Shown: positions 21,940 through 34,100 of the stretch, piece by piece
Position numbering within the stretch: the first letter of the stretch is position 1
Layout of the letters: each line of letters starts with the position of its first letter
NCBI RefSeq assembly: GCF_006345805.1
Contig: NC_042999.1
Location: forward strand, 163,432,001-163,496,000
Length of the DNA: 64,000 nt
Direction of reading: 5' to 3'
DNA from: Octopus sinensis
Lineage: Eukaryota
Notes under the pieces: model-generated
The model's input: only the letters and a program-made list of their open reading frames with translations
Told to the model about the DNA's origin: nothing
Database searches by the model: none
Translations under genes and position numbers: made by a program

Positions 21940-24900
21940 TCATCATCATCATCATCAATTAACGTCCGCTTTCCATGCTAGCATGGGTTGGACGGTTCAA
22001 CTGGGGTCTGGGGAGCCCGAAAGCTGCACTAGTCCAGTCAGATCTGGCAGTGTTTCTACAGCTGGATGCCCTTCCTAACGCCAACCACTCCGAGAGTGTA
22101 GTGGGTGATTTTATGTGCCACCGACACAGGTGCCAGACGAGGCTGGCAAACGGCCACGCTCGGATGGTGTTTTTTATGTGCCACCGACACAGGTGCCAGA
22201 CGAGGCTGGCAGACGGCCACGCTCGGATGGTGTTTTTATGAGGCTGGCAAACGGCCACGATCGGATGGTGCTTGTTACGTGCCCACAGCACGGAGGCCAG
22301 TCGATGCGGTACTGGCTACGGCCACGTTCGGATGGTTTTCTTGTGTGCCACAGGCACTGGTACCACAAAGATACAAATTCCATTGATGTTCATCTATTTT
22401 GATTGATTTTCACTTGCCTCAGCAGGTCTTCACAAGTGTCACAAGAAGGAAGGTATGCACAGTGGATCGACTACGTCCCAGGTAGGGGCCACGGGATATG
22501 GCCTGACTAGTCCTGCCGGGTCCTCTCATGCACAGCACACTTCCATAGGACTCGGTCTTCAGTCATTTCCTTGGTGAGACCTAAAGTTCGAAGGTCGTGC
22601 TTCACCACCTCGTCCCAGGTTTTCCTGGGTCTACCTCTTCCACAGGTTCCCTCAACTGCTAGGGTGTAGCACTTTTGCACACAACTATCTTCAGCCATTC
22701 TCGTCACATGACCATACCAGCGCAGCCGTCTCTCTTGCACACCACAACTGACACTTCTTAGGTTCAACTTTTCTCTCAAAGTACTTACACTCTGACGATT
22801 ATGAACACTGACATTACACATCCATCGGAGCATACTGGCTTCATTTCTTGCAAGCTTACGCATATCCTCAGCTGTCACGGCCCATGTTTCACTACCATGT
22901 AGCATGGCTGTACGTACACACGCATCATATAGTCTGCCTTTTACTCTTAGCGAGAGACCTTTTGTCACCAGCAGGGGTAAGAGCTCTCTAAACTTTGCCC
23001 AGGCTATTCTTACTCTAGCAGTTACGCTTTCAGCACACCCACCCCCGCTACTGACTTGGTCTCCTAGGTAGCGGAAGCTATCAACTACTTCTAGTTTGTC
23101 TCCCTGGAACGTGGTAGAAGTTGGACTCTGCACATTTCCAGTGTTTATTTCTCCTGAGCATCTGCCACAGACAAAAACTATTTTCTTAGTTAGCCTTCCC
23201 TTGACATTGCTGCACCTCTTATGTGTCCATAGCTTACACTTGGTGCACCTTATAGAGTTTCTACCTACACCTTTTTTACAGATCGAGCAGGGCCATCTAC
23301 CTGAAGTCGTTTGTGGTTGGTCCACCTTCCTACTTATTAGGACTTTGGTTTTGGCTAGGTTGATTCTAAGGCCCTTCGATTCTAATCCTTGTTTCCACAC
23401 CTGAAACTTCTCCTCCAGTTCTGATAGTGACTCAGCAATTAGAGCAAGGTCATCAGCATAGAGGAGCTCCCAGGGGCATCCTGTCTTAAATTCTTCCGTT
23501 ATTGCCTGGAGGACTATGATAAATAGGAGGGGGCTGAGGACTGAACCTTGGTGGACCCCAACCTCTACCCGGAATTCTTCACTGTACTTGTTGCCAACCC
23601 TCACCTTACTAGCTGCGTCTCTGTACATGGCTCGCACAGCTCTCACTAACCATTCATCTATCCCTAGTTTCCTCATTGACCACCAGATAAGGGATCGGGG
23701 GACCCTGTCAAAGGCTTTCTCTAAGTCAACAAAAGCCAGGTACAAGGGCTTACCTTTGGCTAGGTATTTCTCCTGCAGCTGTCTTACCAGGAATATAGCA
23801 TCAGTAGTACTTTTCCCTGGCACGAACCCAAACTGCATATCATCTAAGCTAACTCTCTCTCTAATTAACTGGGCTATAACCCTCTCCGTAACCTTCATTA
23901 CCTGATCCAACAGCTTGATGCCTCTGTAGTTATTTGTATCTAGGGCATCGCCTTTACCTTTGTAGCAGTTGACTATTATGCTGCTACACCAGTCCTTGGG
24001 TATGACTCCTTCGTGTATCACCTGGTTAACTATACGGGAGACTATGCTATAGCCGACACTACCAGATATTTTGAGCATCTCTGCAGTAATTCCTGATGGG
24101 CCTGGGGCTTTCCCTGTCTTCATGCTTCTAATTGCCTTAGCTACCACGGAACTATCAACTCGGATAGCTGGTCCCTCTGTTGGGTCAACATTCGGCAGAC
24201 TCTCTTTATCCCATTCATTTTCCTCATTCAGCAACCTTTCATAGTGGCGTCTCCAAGCTTCTCTCTTTGCATCCTCATTTAACGCAAGTGAACCATCCTC
24301 CATGCGAACACATTTCTCTCCTACCACATCTCGATTTTCTCTCACACACTGTCTTGCAACACGAAATACCTCAAGTCTTTCATCCTCACGGCGCAGGACA
24401 TTGGCAAATTTTCTTTTATCTGCTTCCCCTCTGGCTAGATAGACCTGTCTCCTAGCTTCCCTTCTGGCAGTCTGATACATTCCCTGCTACCACCGTTCTT
24501 CCAGGCCTTCCAAGCCTGTTTCTTTTGTCTAATAGCCCTATCAACAATATTGTTCCACCACCATGTTATTTTGGGTCTTAAGGGGACTTTGCACCAGCCA
24601 CAGATCTGGTCAGCGGCTTTCAGCAGGTTGTCCCTCAGAAACGTCCAGTTGTCTTCTACCCCATGTGTAGCTATACCCCCTTCCACTTCGTCAAAGGCTT
24701 CAAGTAACATATCTCTAAATCTCTGTCCATTCGCAGGGTCTTTAAGCTTCCAGACCCTTCTTCTCCATGTTGGTCGTCTTCTAGTCGACCTCTTAGTCCT
24801 GATCCTAAAGTCACTAACTACCAGTCTATGTTGTGGGGTGCATTCTTCGCCCGGGAAGGTTTTGGCATTTATAAGCAGCCATCTTTCCCTTTTTCTGGCG

Positions 24901-25197
24901 AGGATGTAGTCGATTTGGCTAGCATGCCGGCCCGATCGGTAGGTGACCAGGTGGCTTGTTGGTTTCCTGAAGTTAGTGTTGCAGATCATAAGACTATTCG
25001 CATCGCAGAACTCCAGCAGCCTGGTTCCCTCCTCGTTGCGGGAACCATAACCGTAGCCTCCATGCACGCCATGGAAGCCCCCAGCATGTCGTCCAACATG
25101 CCCATTGAAATCACCAGCCACAAAGAGAAGGTCCCTGTCGTTCGTCAATGAGGTGGTCTGCAGTAGGGTGTCATAGAAACTGTCTTTCTGTCCATGT
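21940..25197 (-). mobile_element. 5'-truncated RTE-clade LINE (APE fragment, RT with embedded PHD finger, 3' UTR, (GAT)n tail)
   Basis: ORF 24435-25298 (GDFNGHVG, QIDYIL) and ORF 22507-24480 (AFVDLEKAFD, GVHQGSVLSPLLF, YADD), separated by a single 1-bp frameshift near 24480. Confidence 0.95.
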
Positions 25198-25286
25198 GTA
25201 TATATATATATATATAAAGTTAATCCAAACAAGAAAACAAAAAGACAACAATGCAAGGATGTGGAACAAATAAAGTACATATACCC

Positions 25287-25388
25287 ACTGCATGGCACCT
25301 TGGAAAAGTGTGTTCTGCTATAGCCTCAGGCCAACCAAAGCCTTGTGAGTGGATTTGGTAAACAGAAACCGAAAGAAGCCTGTCATAC

Positions 25389-25421
<33 letters not shown>

Positions 25422-25640
25422 TACACATATATATGTATATATTTGTGTGTCTATGTTTGTCCCCCACCGTCATTTGACAACTGATGTTGGTGTGCTTACA
25501 ACCCCGTAACTTAGCGGTTCAGCAAAAGAGACCGATAGAATAAGTACTAGGCTTACAAAGAATATGTCCCGGGGTTGATCTGTTCAACAAAAAGCAGTGC
25601 TCCAGCATGGTCACAGTCAAATGACTAAAACAAGTAAGAG
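25287..25640 (+). mobile_element. SINE family B, 5'-truncated
   Basis: Matches 41820-42170, including the internal (TA)n/(CA)n tract. Confidence 0.85.
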
Positions 25641-25660
25641 AATACCACTCATTTACTTAC

Positions 25661-25850
25661 ATGTGTCTTGGTTTTTCTGTACAGGGCTCACACATTTTGA
25701 TTGACTGAGAGTTATGGTAGTTGTGATTGGTTCCTCTGATATTTGTAATGCATCAATATAGTTTTGAAAAGCTGGTGTTGTTGTTTGTAATCTGCTGGTG
25801 TTATAATCTGTATTGAGGTTCAGCATTAACTCATCAGTTTGTTTCAACTT
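25661..25850 (-). CDS. Tentative internal exon of FBXO16-like gene (KLKQTDELMLNL...KNQDT)
   Basis: Acceptor ttttctattgcag, donor GTAAGT, 190-nt open frame whose phase-0 start matches the exon at 52657; non-repetitive; no recognisable homology. Confidence 0.4.
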
Positions 25851-26125
25851 CTGCAATAGAAAACGCACTGTTCAAAACATTATCTTCACTATTATCATCA
25901 TTGTTTTCATATCCACCATTGTCATCCTCAGCAGAAGTATTCCCACCATGCAAATGATGATTACTGGGACCACCATCACCACCATCATCATAATTATCAT
26001 GCTCCATACTCTCACCATAATTGTCATCATTATCCTCATTGTAATCAACTTCATTCATCACAATCACTATTTGCAACACTTATTCTCAAAAACAGAAATA
26101 GCAGCAAAATCTTCCTAAAACCATA

Positions 26126-26529
26126 TACTCTTTACTCTCTTTTACTCTTTTACTTGTTTCAGTCATTTGACTGCGGCCATGCTGGAGCACCGCCTTTAGT
26201 CGAGCAAATCGACCCCGGGACTTATTCTTTGTAAGCCCAGTACTTATTCTATCGGTCTCCTTTGCTGAACTGCTAAGTGGCGGGGACGTAAACACACCAG
26301 CATTGGTTGTCAAGCAATGCTAGGGGGACAAACACACACACGCACACACACATATATATATATACATATATACGACAGGCTTCTTTCAGTTTCCGTCTAC
26401 CAAATCCACTCACAAGGCATTGGTCGGCCCGGGGCTATAGCAGAAGACACTTGCCCAAGATGCCACGCAGTGGGACTGAACCCAGAACCATGTGGTTGGT
26501 TAGCAAGCTACTTACCACACAGCCACTCT
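26126..26529 (-). mobile_element. SINE family B, near full length
   Basis: A box TGGCTGTGTGG, B box GGTTCAGTCCC, (AAAGAGT)n tail. Confidence 0.9.
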
Positions 26530-26767
26530 TATTTTGAAAATTATTTTGCATAATGTAAGTTTAAGTATGTTATGAAAAGATGGTCATTGCTATAATGCCT
26601 TTGATCATAGATTTGCACAATCAGGTCTGACTTGGAATAAATAACCATAGAATCCACTTATTCCCACGTCTTCTACATTTCATATAGTTAGAGTGGTAAA
26701 GTTACAGAAATGTCTACGTGGTGGAGTAAATGCTTTATGTTTGAGTTCAAATCAGAGAAAAAATAAT

Positions 26768-27345
26768 AATTTTCCAGTAATAATATACTATAGTTTGTTA
26801 TTTTCTTCTATAAGCTAAAATATATTTTCATAAATAAAATGAAATATTTCTATCTATTTATTCTATTTTTATTTGCACCAAATTTTTAACGAGATAAATT
26901 TATAATAAACACTAAGTCCTACGTATTGAGTTTAAAGATTTAGTTAACAGAATACATTCAATAATATAATTCATGTTTTTCTTTTAAAATATATTGAGTT
27001 TTGTTCGATTTTTTATTGTAAAATTACGTATTTTTATATATATTTATCTTTTCTTATAAGATAATACACATACATTTATTTAATTATTTTATTGTTTTTA
27101 TCTTAGACCTGATGAGTGACTATATTCAAATTGAATTGATTTTATTGTAATCAATTTGAAAATATAGCCATGAAACACGTGTAGTCTATTTACTAATTAT
27201 ATACTACTTATTTATTATTTAGTACTTTATTTAGTTTTAGGTAAATGTTTTATCGTATCTTTAATTTTTTCTATATGGTATGATTTAAGTATATCATTGT
27301 TGAATTGCTTCATGGTGGTTCTTCTCTAATTTATATACTTGTATA
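26768..27345 (+). mobile_element. AT-rich about 575-bp hammerhead-bearing repeat (Penelope pLTR-like); inverted copy at 55447-56016
   Basis: Aligns end to end with the reverse complement of 55447-56016; ends in (TA)n. Confidence 0.8.
27104..27188 (+). ncRNA. Minimal type I hammerhead ribozyme
   Basis: Stem I TAGAC/GTCTA, core CTGATGA, extended stem II, GAAA, palindromic stem III ACACGTGT, GUA cleavage triplet (cut after 27183). Confidence 0.85.
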
Positions 27346-27361
27346 TATATATATATATATA

Positions 27362-28022
27362 TATGGAGTTAAATGCAGGTGTTATTCAAATTCTTTTACT
27401 TCTGACACATGTTTTGAAGATATCACTGGTATTAATTTGGATTGGTTGATTCTCTCAATTTTGATCCTTATGATAGAGGCAAGGAATTCTGTCTTCTCTG
27501 TAATTCTGAACGATTTTTTATTCTTTTTTCTAAAAATCCCCTTGTAAACACAGTTATAGAGTGTGCGTACCGATGTAAACATTGGTAGAAGCACACCTTT
27601 AGTTCATATAAGTGATAGCTATCATTATATATAATTTAAACATTGATTTTCTTCTTACATTTCACATTCACTAGATATATATTTTTCCTAGTCTATAAGG
27701 TTTTATTTAATATACATATAGACATATACTTCTCATTTATTTAGTTTTTCTTTACTTTATCCCTCCTCTTTCTATAGGCTACCTCTGACGTCATATCATA
27801 TAACATTTTTTTTAAACAATATTTATAGCATTCAGTTAATCACTATACATATCCATCATATTCTGTTAAAATGTCTTATTGACGAGTTTCATTTCTTCAT
27901 TTCCCTGAAGACAAGATTACATTGCTTAACATCATTTTATTCCTTTGGAATAATACCAGTGATATCTTTGAAACATGTGTCAGAAGTAAAATAATTTGAA
28001 TAACACCTGTGTTTAACTCCAT
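27362..28022. repeat. About 660-bp segment bounded by about 70-bp inverted repeats (MITE-like)
   Basis: 27362-27433 is the reverse complement of 27953-28022 with few mismatches. Confidence 0.7.
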
Positions 28023-28240
28023 TTATTTATTTATATATATTATACAAAATATTTCATGTAAACCCGGAGTTTCTACCTTTAAAAACAAGGAGTTATGCCC
28101 TTTTTACTTGTGTGATTTTTTGCTACCCTGGTAACTATTTATCTATTTTTTCCGTGTTAATTGTTAACAAGGGAAAAATACACACATCTATTTATATATA
28201 TATATATATATATATGAATATATAGATATATATATATATA

Positions 28241-29415
28241 TAGGTTGGAAAAAATAATGGAAACACCTAACATCATATTATCATAATTTTGAACCATCAA
28301 AAGCTTGTTTATTTTTACATTTTTTGATTTATTATTAGTGTTGCTTAATATGTTTTGCTAAAATTGTTTCTTTTCAGATATCATCAGAAAAAGGTAATTA
28401 AAATTCATTAAAATGACAGATCTATCAGACTTTCAAAATGGTCAAATTTTTGGTGCTCGTATGGCAGACACTAGCATAATGAAAACAGCCAAAATGTTTG
28501 GTGTATCAAAAAGTACTGTCTTGAAAGTAATGACAGCCTTTGAGAAAGAGGGGAAAACCTCATCATTGAAACAAAACTCCAGAAGGAAACCAAAACTTTG
28601 AGATACAGAGTCAGATTCTTAGGCAAATTGTTAGAAAGGATCACAAAAGTACAGCTCTCAAAATTACTGCAGAGCTTAATAACCACCTCAAGAACCCATT
28701 TCCCACAAAAATTGTTTATGGGAGCTGCACAAAGCCGGATTTCACGAGAGGGCTGCAATCAGAAAACCACTACTTACAAAAACAAACATTTCAAAACATT
28801 CCGTGTGAAGTAAAAACCTACAGAATTGGTCCCTAGAGCAGTGGAAGAATGTTATTTTCTCAGATAAGTCATCCTTTACCTCATTTCTGACCACTGGCCG
28901 AGTATAGGTCTGGGGAGCTATATGTTAGAAATCTGCTGGCCCAATGGTTTCCCTTCATAGCAGAATTAATAGTCAAGACTATTTAAGCATTTTATCTGAT
29001 CAAATTCATCCTATTGTTGCAGAACTGTTTCTGGAGGGGAACGCAATCTTTCAGGATGATAGTGCACCAATTCACACAGCTAAAGTTGTTACTGAATGGC
29101 ATGAGAAACATTCTAGAGAAGTTGAACATCTTATCTGGCCACCACAGTCTCCAGATCTCAATATTATTGAATATTTGTGGTAAATTTTAGAAAAAGAAGT
29201 AAGGAGTCGATATCCTCCACCATCTACACTACAAGAACTGGAGACTTTTTTAGCTGAAGAATGGACAAAAATTCCTTTGGAAACAATTCAAACTTTATAC
29301 GAGTTCATACCTTGTAGAATTCATGCTGTAATTACTGCCAGAGGTGGTCCTTCCCCATATTAGAATAAATCTGTTCGAAATTTTAAGGTGTTTCCATTAT
29401 TTTGTCCAACCCCTG
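28241..29415 (+). mobile_element. Degenerate Tc1 DNA transposon
   Basis: TIRs (ggttgga-aaaataatggaaacacct and its reverse complement), TA flanks, HTH fragment 28413-28601, DDE fragment FQDDSAPIH...WPPQSPDLNIIE. Confidence 0.92.
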
Positions 29416-29560
29416 TATGTTTGTGTGTATATATATATATATATATATATTATAATAAATTAGAGACAAAACCACTATTATGCAAATCAAACAAAGAAAG
29501 ACTTAAGCCAATACATAAAATATAAAATAATTTATATAAATTAAAATTTAACAATTGAAT

Positions 29561-29612
29561 AACCACTACGATCGTTTCGTGTCAGCACATCTTAGACATT
29601 CTTCAGGTGGTT
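29561..29612 (-). ncRNA. Minimal type I hammerhead ribozyme (left arm copy)
   Basis: Exact reverse complement of 31389-31440. Confidence 0.78.
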
Positions 29613-31388
29613 TCTAAACCTAAAATATAAAATATAATCAATATTTTACCTATATAATCTAAATAAACTCTATTATTAAATATGATTATATCGAAATCGA
29701 CTATAATGTTAAATATTAACTTTAATTTATAAGGTAGAAAAACCATATGCTAATATCCATTTTAGTCTATATCTACTTATATAGATATTTGAAATAAGTA
29801 ATATATATAAATTATCAATGAAAAAATATAAAAAAATAAAAAAATATTATAATCAAGATCTAAAATAGACTCTATAAATGATTGTATATAATGAAAACCT
29901 AATATATTTAATTTCTCATATTTAATACAATGATAAACATATAATATTCCATTCATAATCTTTAATAACGTTGGTTCCTCACGCGCAAAGAATTCAATGT
30001 TTTATTCTATTCTGTTTATAATGTAATTTCTTAAACGCTGTTTAACATGTATTGTGATTCAAATTACTTCATAGTTTATAACTCGCTAAGAAGGTAAGTT
30101 TTTTCTGATCTCCAAATTGTTAATATTGTATTAGCCTTATGAGTAATAATATTCTCCTTATGTTAATCTTGCTGTTTATGTAATGATCTATTTATCGTAA
30201 TTTTATATGTTATTAGTTATTAAATAATTTAGATAAATTTTTGATAAATAGATACGTTTCGAATGAAGATGGTTTAGGCCATGTCTAATATAATAGCATA
30301 ATTTATATTAGATAATTTTCCCATTCATAATCTGATTAGTACTTATAGTATTTTAATACTATATTACTGAGTAAGGAATATTCTTATAAGTTTGTGGTTG
30401 TGTATATGTGGTTATGGTGTTATTTCTTCTATGTGTTAGTGTAGTGCAGTGTACATACGTTTATGTATGAGAGATTGTATGTGTGTGTGTGCGGGTGTAC
30501 ATAATTGATGTGTAGAGGTATATGGCTGAATTTAGAACATGTCCGTGTCTGTATGTGTTTGAGTATGTATAGTTATGTGTGTATGTGTGTGTTTGTTTAC
30601 GTGTTTATATATGTTATATACATATAGTATATAGTATTTAATACTATTTTACTAAATTTGTGTATGTATAGATATATATGTGTGTGTGTGTGTTTGTTTA
30701 CGTATTTATATATGTTTATTACATATATATAGTATATAGTATTTAATACTATTTTACTAAGAATGAAATATTTCTATTAGTATGTGGTTGAGTATCTGCG
30801 GATACTGGATGTTATTTCTCCTCTGTGTTAGTGTCCTGTTGAGAGTATATGTTTATGAATGTGTGATTGTATGTGTGTGTGTGTGAGTATGAATAGGCGA
30901 TGTGTAGAGGTGTAGGGCTGCATTATGGATATATCTGTGTCTATATGTTTATGTGTGTGTGTAGATGTATATGTGTGTGTGTGAGTTTGTGTGCGTATTT
31001 GGATGTGTTTATATACATACATGAGCTTGTGTGTATATATATATTTTTTGTTTTTTGAAATTAGCTATTTCATCTTTAAATATGAGAAATTAAATATATT
31101 AGGTTTTCATTATATACAATCATTTATAGAGTCTATTTTAGATCTTGATTATAATATTTTTTTATTTTTTTATATTTTTTCATTGATAATTTATATATAT
31201 TACTTATTTCAAATATCTATATAAGTAGATATAGACTAAAATGGATATTAGCATATGGTTTTTCTACCTTATAAATTAAAGTTAATATTTAACATTATAG
31301 TCAATTTCAATATAATCATATTTAATAATAGAGTTTATTTAGATTATATAGGTAAAATATTGATTATATTTTATATTTTAGGTTTAGA

Positions 31389-31440
31389 AACCACCTGAAG
31401 AATGTCTAAGATGTGCTGACACGAAACGATCGTAGTGGTT
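31389..31440 (+). ncRNA. Minimal type I hammerhead ribozyme (right arm copy)
   Basis: AACCAC-CTGAAGA-A-TGTC-loop-GACA-C-GAAA-CGATCG-TA-GTGGTT; palindromic stem III; A-C mismatch at the stem II closing pair. Confidence 0.78.
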
Positions 31441-31632
31441 ATTCATTTGTTAAATTTTAATTTATATAAATTATTTTATATTTTATGTATTGGCTTAAGT
31501 CTTTCTTTGTTTGATTTGCATAATAGTGGTTTTGTCTCTAATTTATTATAATATAATATTTTATTATAAAATTGGATTCAATCTTAAATCTGATTTTTCC
31601 TTGTAAATTTGGATTTATTCCCTAATATTTAT

Positions 31633-31674
<42 letters not shown>

Positions 31675-31684
31675 GTATGTATGC

Positions 31685-32010
31685 TCCTGCCCATGCTGTC
31701 GCACTTGCCCCTACCTCTCCAACACCACCATCCTCACAGGCACCCATCATCGTCTCTGTCATATCACTGACTCCTTTACATGCACTTCTAGAACATCATT
31801 TACTGCATCTCCTGCTCTTTCTGTCCTTCTCTGTACATTGGTCAAACGGGACACTGCTTGGCTGACCGGTTCACGGAGCATCTCCAAAACATTAGACTTG
31901 GCAATGACACCCCAGTCTCACACCATTTCTGCTCTACTGGTCATTCACTACAACACCTGTCTGTGTTTGGATTGTCTTTGCACAGGTCACATCTGGACTC
32001 CTGCCTTTGC
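31685..32010 (+). mobile_element. Penelope-like element GIY-YIG endonuclease fragment
   Basis: Across one frameshift: CRTCPYL...FTCTS-IIYCISCSFCPSLYIGQTGHCLADRFTEHL...PVSHHF. Confidence 0.85.
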
Positions 32011-32499
32011 CATGAACTAGAATTAATCTTTTCTTCATTCCTTTGTACTACATGGGCTCAATTCCCCTCCCCTCTCCTCTATTCATCTCACACCTATTTC
32101 CTCTCTTCACTCCTACCAACCTTCTCCCTTCACTGTTACCCCCCTCCATCCACATCCCACCCCTATACATCCCATTCATCTATCGCAAAGTTAGAAAGAC
32201 AGATTTCTAATGGGGAAATTTCTATCACTTAGTATCTTTATTTCTTTTGGTGTTGTAATTTTCCATCATGTTCTGTTCACAAAACCATCTAAAGTTTAAA
32301 CTGAAGGTGAAGTCCCTTACTGAATTCATTGAAAAATATTCAACAATAACATTAATTTATTAATTCACTCCTTTAATAAAGTCATGGGTGATGTTCACAG
32401 CTGTGTCACTCTTACTCAAAAACAACAGAAATTACTAAACTCTTTGGGAAGATGATACATATGCAATAATTGGAAGTATTTTCATTCTTTTATTCCTAA

Positions 32500-33800
32500 T
32501 AGTACAATGCAGGAACACCAAGCATACATGAATAGGGATAGAACATATGGTGGTAATGCTGAATTAGTTGCCATTAGTGAATTGTACAATGTTGCAATTC
32601 AGGTTCATCACAAAAATGAGGATGAAATTATTCTTCCTCTGTTCACAGTCGAACATTTACAGAAAGGAAGATCTCAGTGTTATATGGTGGCAAAATTGAC
32701 AATGGCCACTACGATGCTCTCTTTCCCATAAACAATCATGAGCACGAAAGAAATGTAGAAGGAAATGAAATATCACAAAACAGTAAAAAAGACAAAAGAA
32801 TGAGAATTCAAACACTTAATATGAAAATTGTAGAAGAAAGTAAAAACCATCGGAAAGTTTGGTTGTAAAAAATGAGGGAATATGAGAGGAGGACAAGAGA
32901 ACAAGAAGGTAATAAAGATAGGGAAATGAGATTGTAGAGAAAGAAGGAAAATTATAGAAAAAAAAAGTACAAAAAATAAAAAAGACAAAAAATACGATTG
33001 CAAAAGAGGAGAGAAAAAGGTAGAATAAATAGAAAACGGGAGTGAAAGTGACTGAAAAATATGACTAAGAAGGAGAAAGTGTTCCAGAGAAAATCAGCAG
33101 AAAAAGTATAGATGATTTCAATGGCAAGGTGTAGCATTTAATTACGATCCTAATCATAATTATGCATACCCTGCTGGAAAATGGGTGAACTTTGTACTTC
33201 AGATGCAGTATTCCACTGAGAATTACAGAGGAATCTATGTGCCACATGAAAGTAAGTGATTCCAGAGGAAAACTTTTCCAAAAGGCAAGGTTACTGGTTA
33301 TTGATGAGGTTACAATGGGCCATAAGCATGTCTGTGAATGTGTTGATCACAGTCTCACAGAAGTTAGACAAGAACCAGATAAGCTGTTTGGTGGTCTGAC
33401 TGTTTTGTTTTCTGGAGACTGGAAGCAGACCTTGCCCATGGTACAAAGAGGTTCCAGAGCCGAGATTGGTCATGTCACATTAAAACAGTCATATATTTGG
33501 AACCATGTCCAAAGCCTGTGGTAGTCTGTCAATATGAGAGTCCAAAATTCTGGCAGCGATGACACTGCTGTTGCATTCTATCTTGACCAGCTGAGGAATG
33601 GAACATTTCCTATGAATCAAGAAATTGGTGAATACAAAATATCTATCCCCCACCACATTTGATTGATTCAACAAGGCTACAGGACCTTTGTGAAATGGTC
33701 TTCAGGGGTATTGATGAGGAATATAGAGAGGGACTATGGATGAGCAGCAGAGCCATCGTTATGCCTACAAACAAGGCTGCTGAAGAAGTGAATACAGTTG
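32500..33800 (+). mobile_element. Degenerate Helitron RepHel remnant: OTU-like protease tail plus Pif1 helicase
   Basis: YMNRDRTYGGNAELVAISELYNVAIQV...GHYDAL (OTU); LLVIDEVTM, LFGGLTVLFSGDWKQTLP, LKQSYIW (helicase motifs II-III). Confidence 0.8.
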
Positions 33801-34100
33801 TCACGTTGAAACTATTTTAGCATTTAAGAGACATCTAGAATATAAGATCAAAAATAATTCTTCTAGATAGAGAAAGCAAAAGGAGTTTCCAAGCTTATAA
33901 GCAGTTGCCTTGCTTATAATCTCCCACTCCACAGAAAACCTGTTTTTCTTGTCTTTCAAGTCCCAAATAAATTTACTGAGGTTGGTAGAAGAAGACCTGT
34001 TCCTATTATTATAGGTGCAAATATGGTTAGAGACACGTTTCTTAACAAACTTTTGTGTAGCTCCTATGGAGAAGAAACTTTTACCCTCAGATATCACCTT
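33801..34100 (-). mobile_element. Second Penelope-like GIY-YIG C-terminal fragment
   Basis: SIGATQKFVKKRVSNH...STNLSKFIWDLKDK...WEIISKA...CFLYLEE...LLN pattern of PLE endonucleases. Confidence 0.75.

Larger units (their letters stand above)
29445..31556. repeat. About 480-bp near-perfect inverted repeat (29445-29925 and 31076-31556) around a 1.15-kb non-coding spacer
   Basis: Arms differ at about three positions by eye; both outer ends lie in (TA)n; each arm holds a hammerhead motif. Confidence 0.93.

Noticed and set aside
25813-26118. Ile/Thr-rich and Asp/Asn-rich ORFs
   Set aside because: Products of degenerate (CAT/GAT)n low-complexity sequence on both strands.
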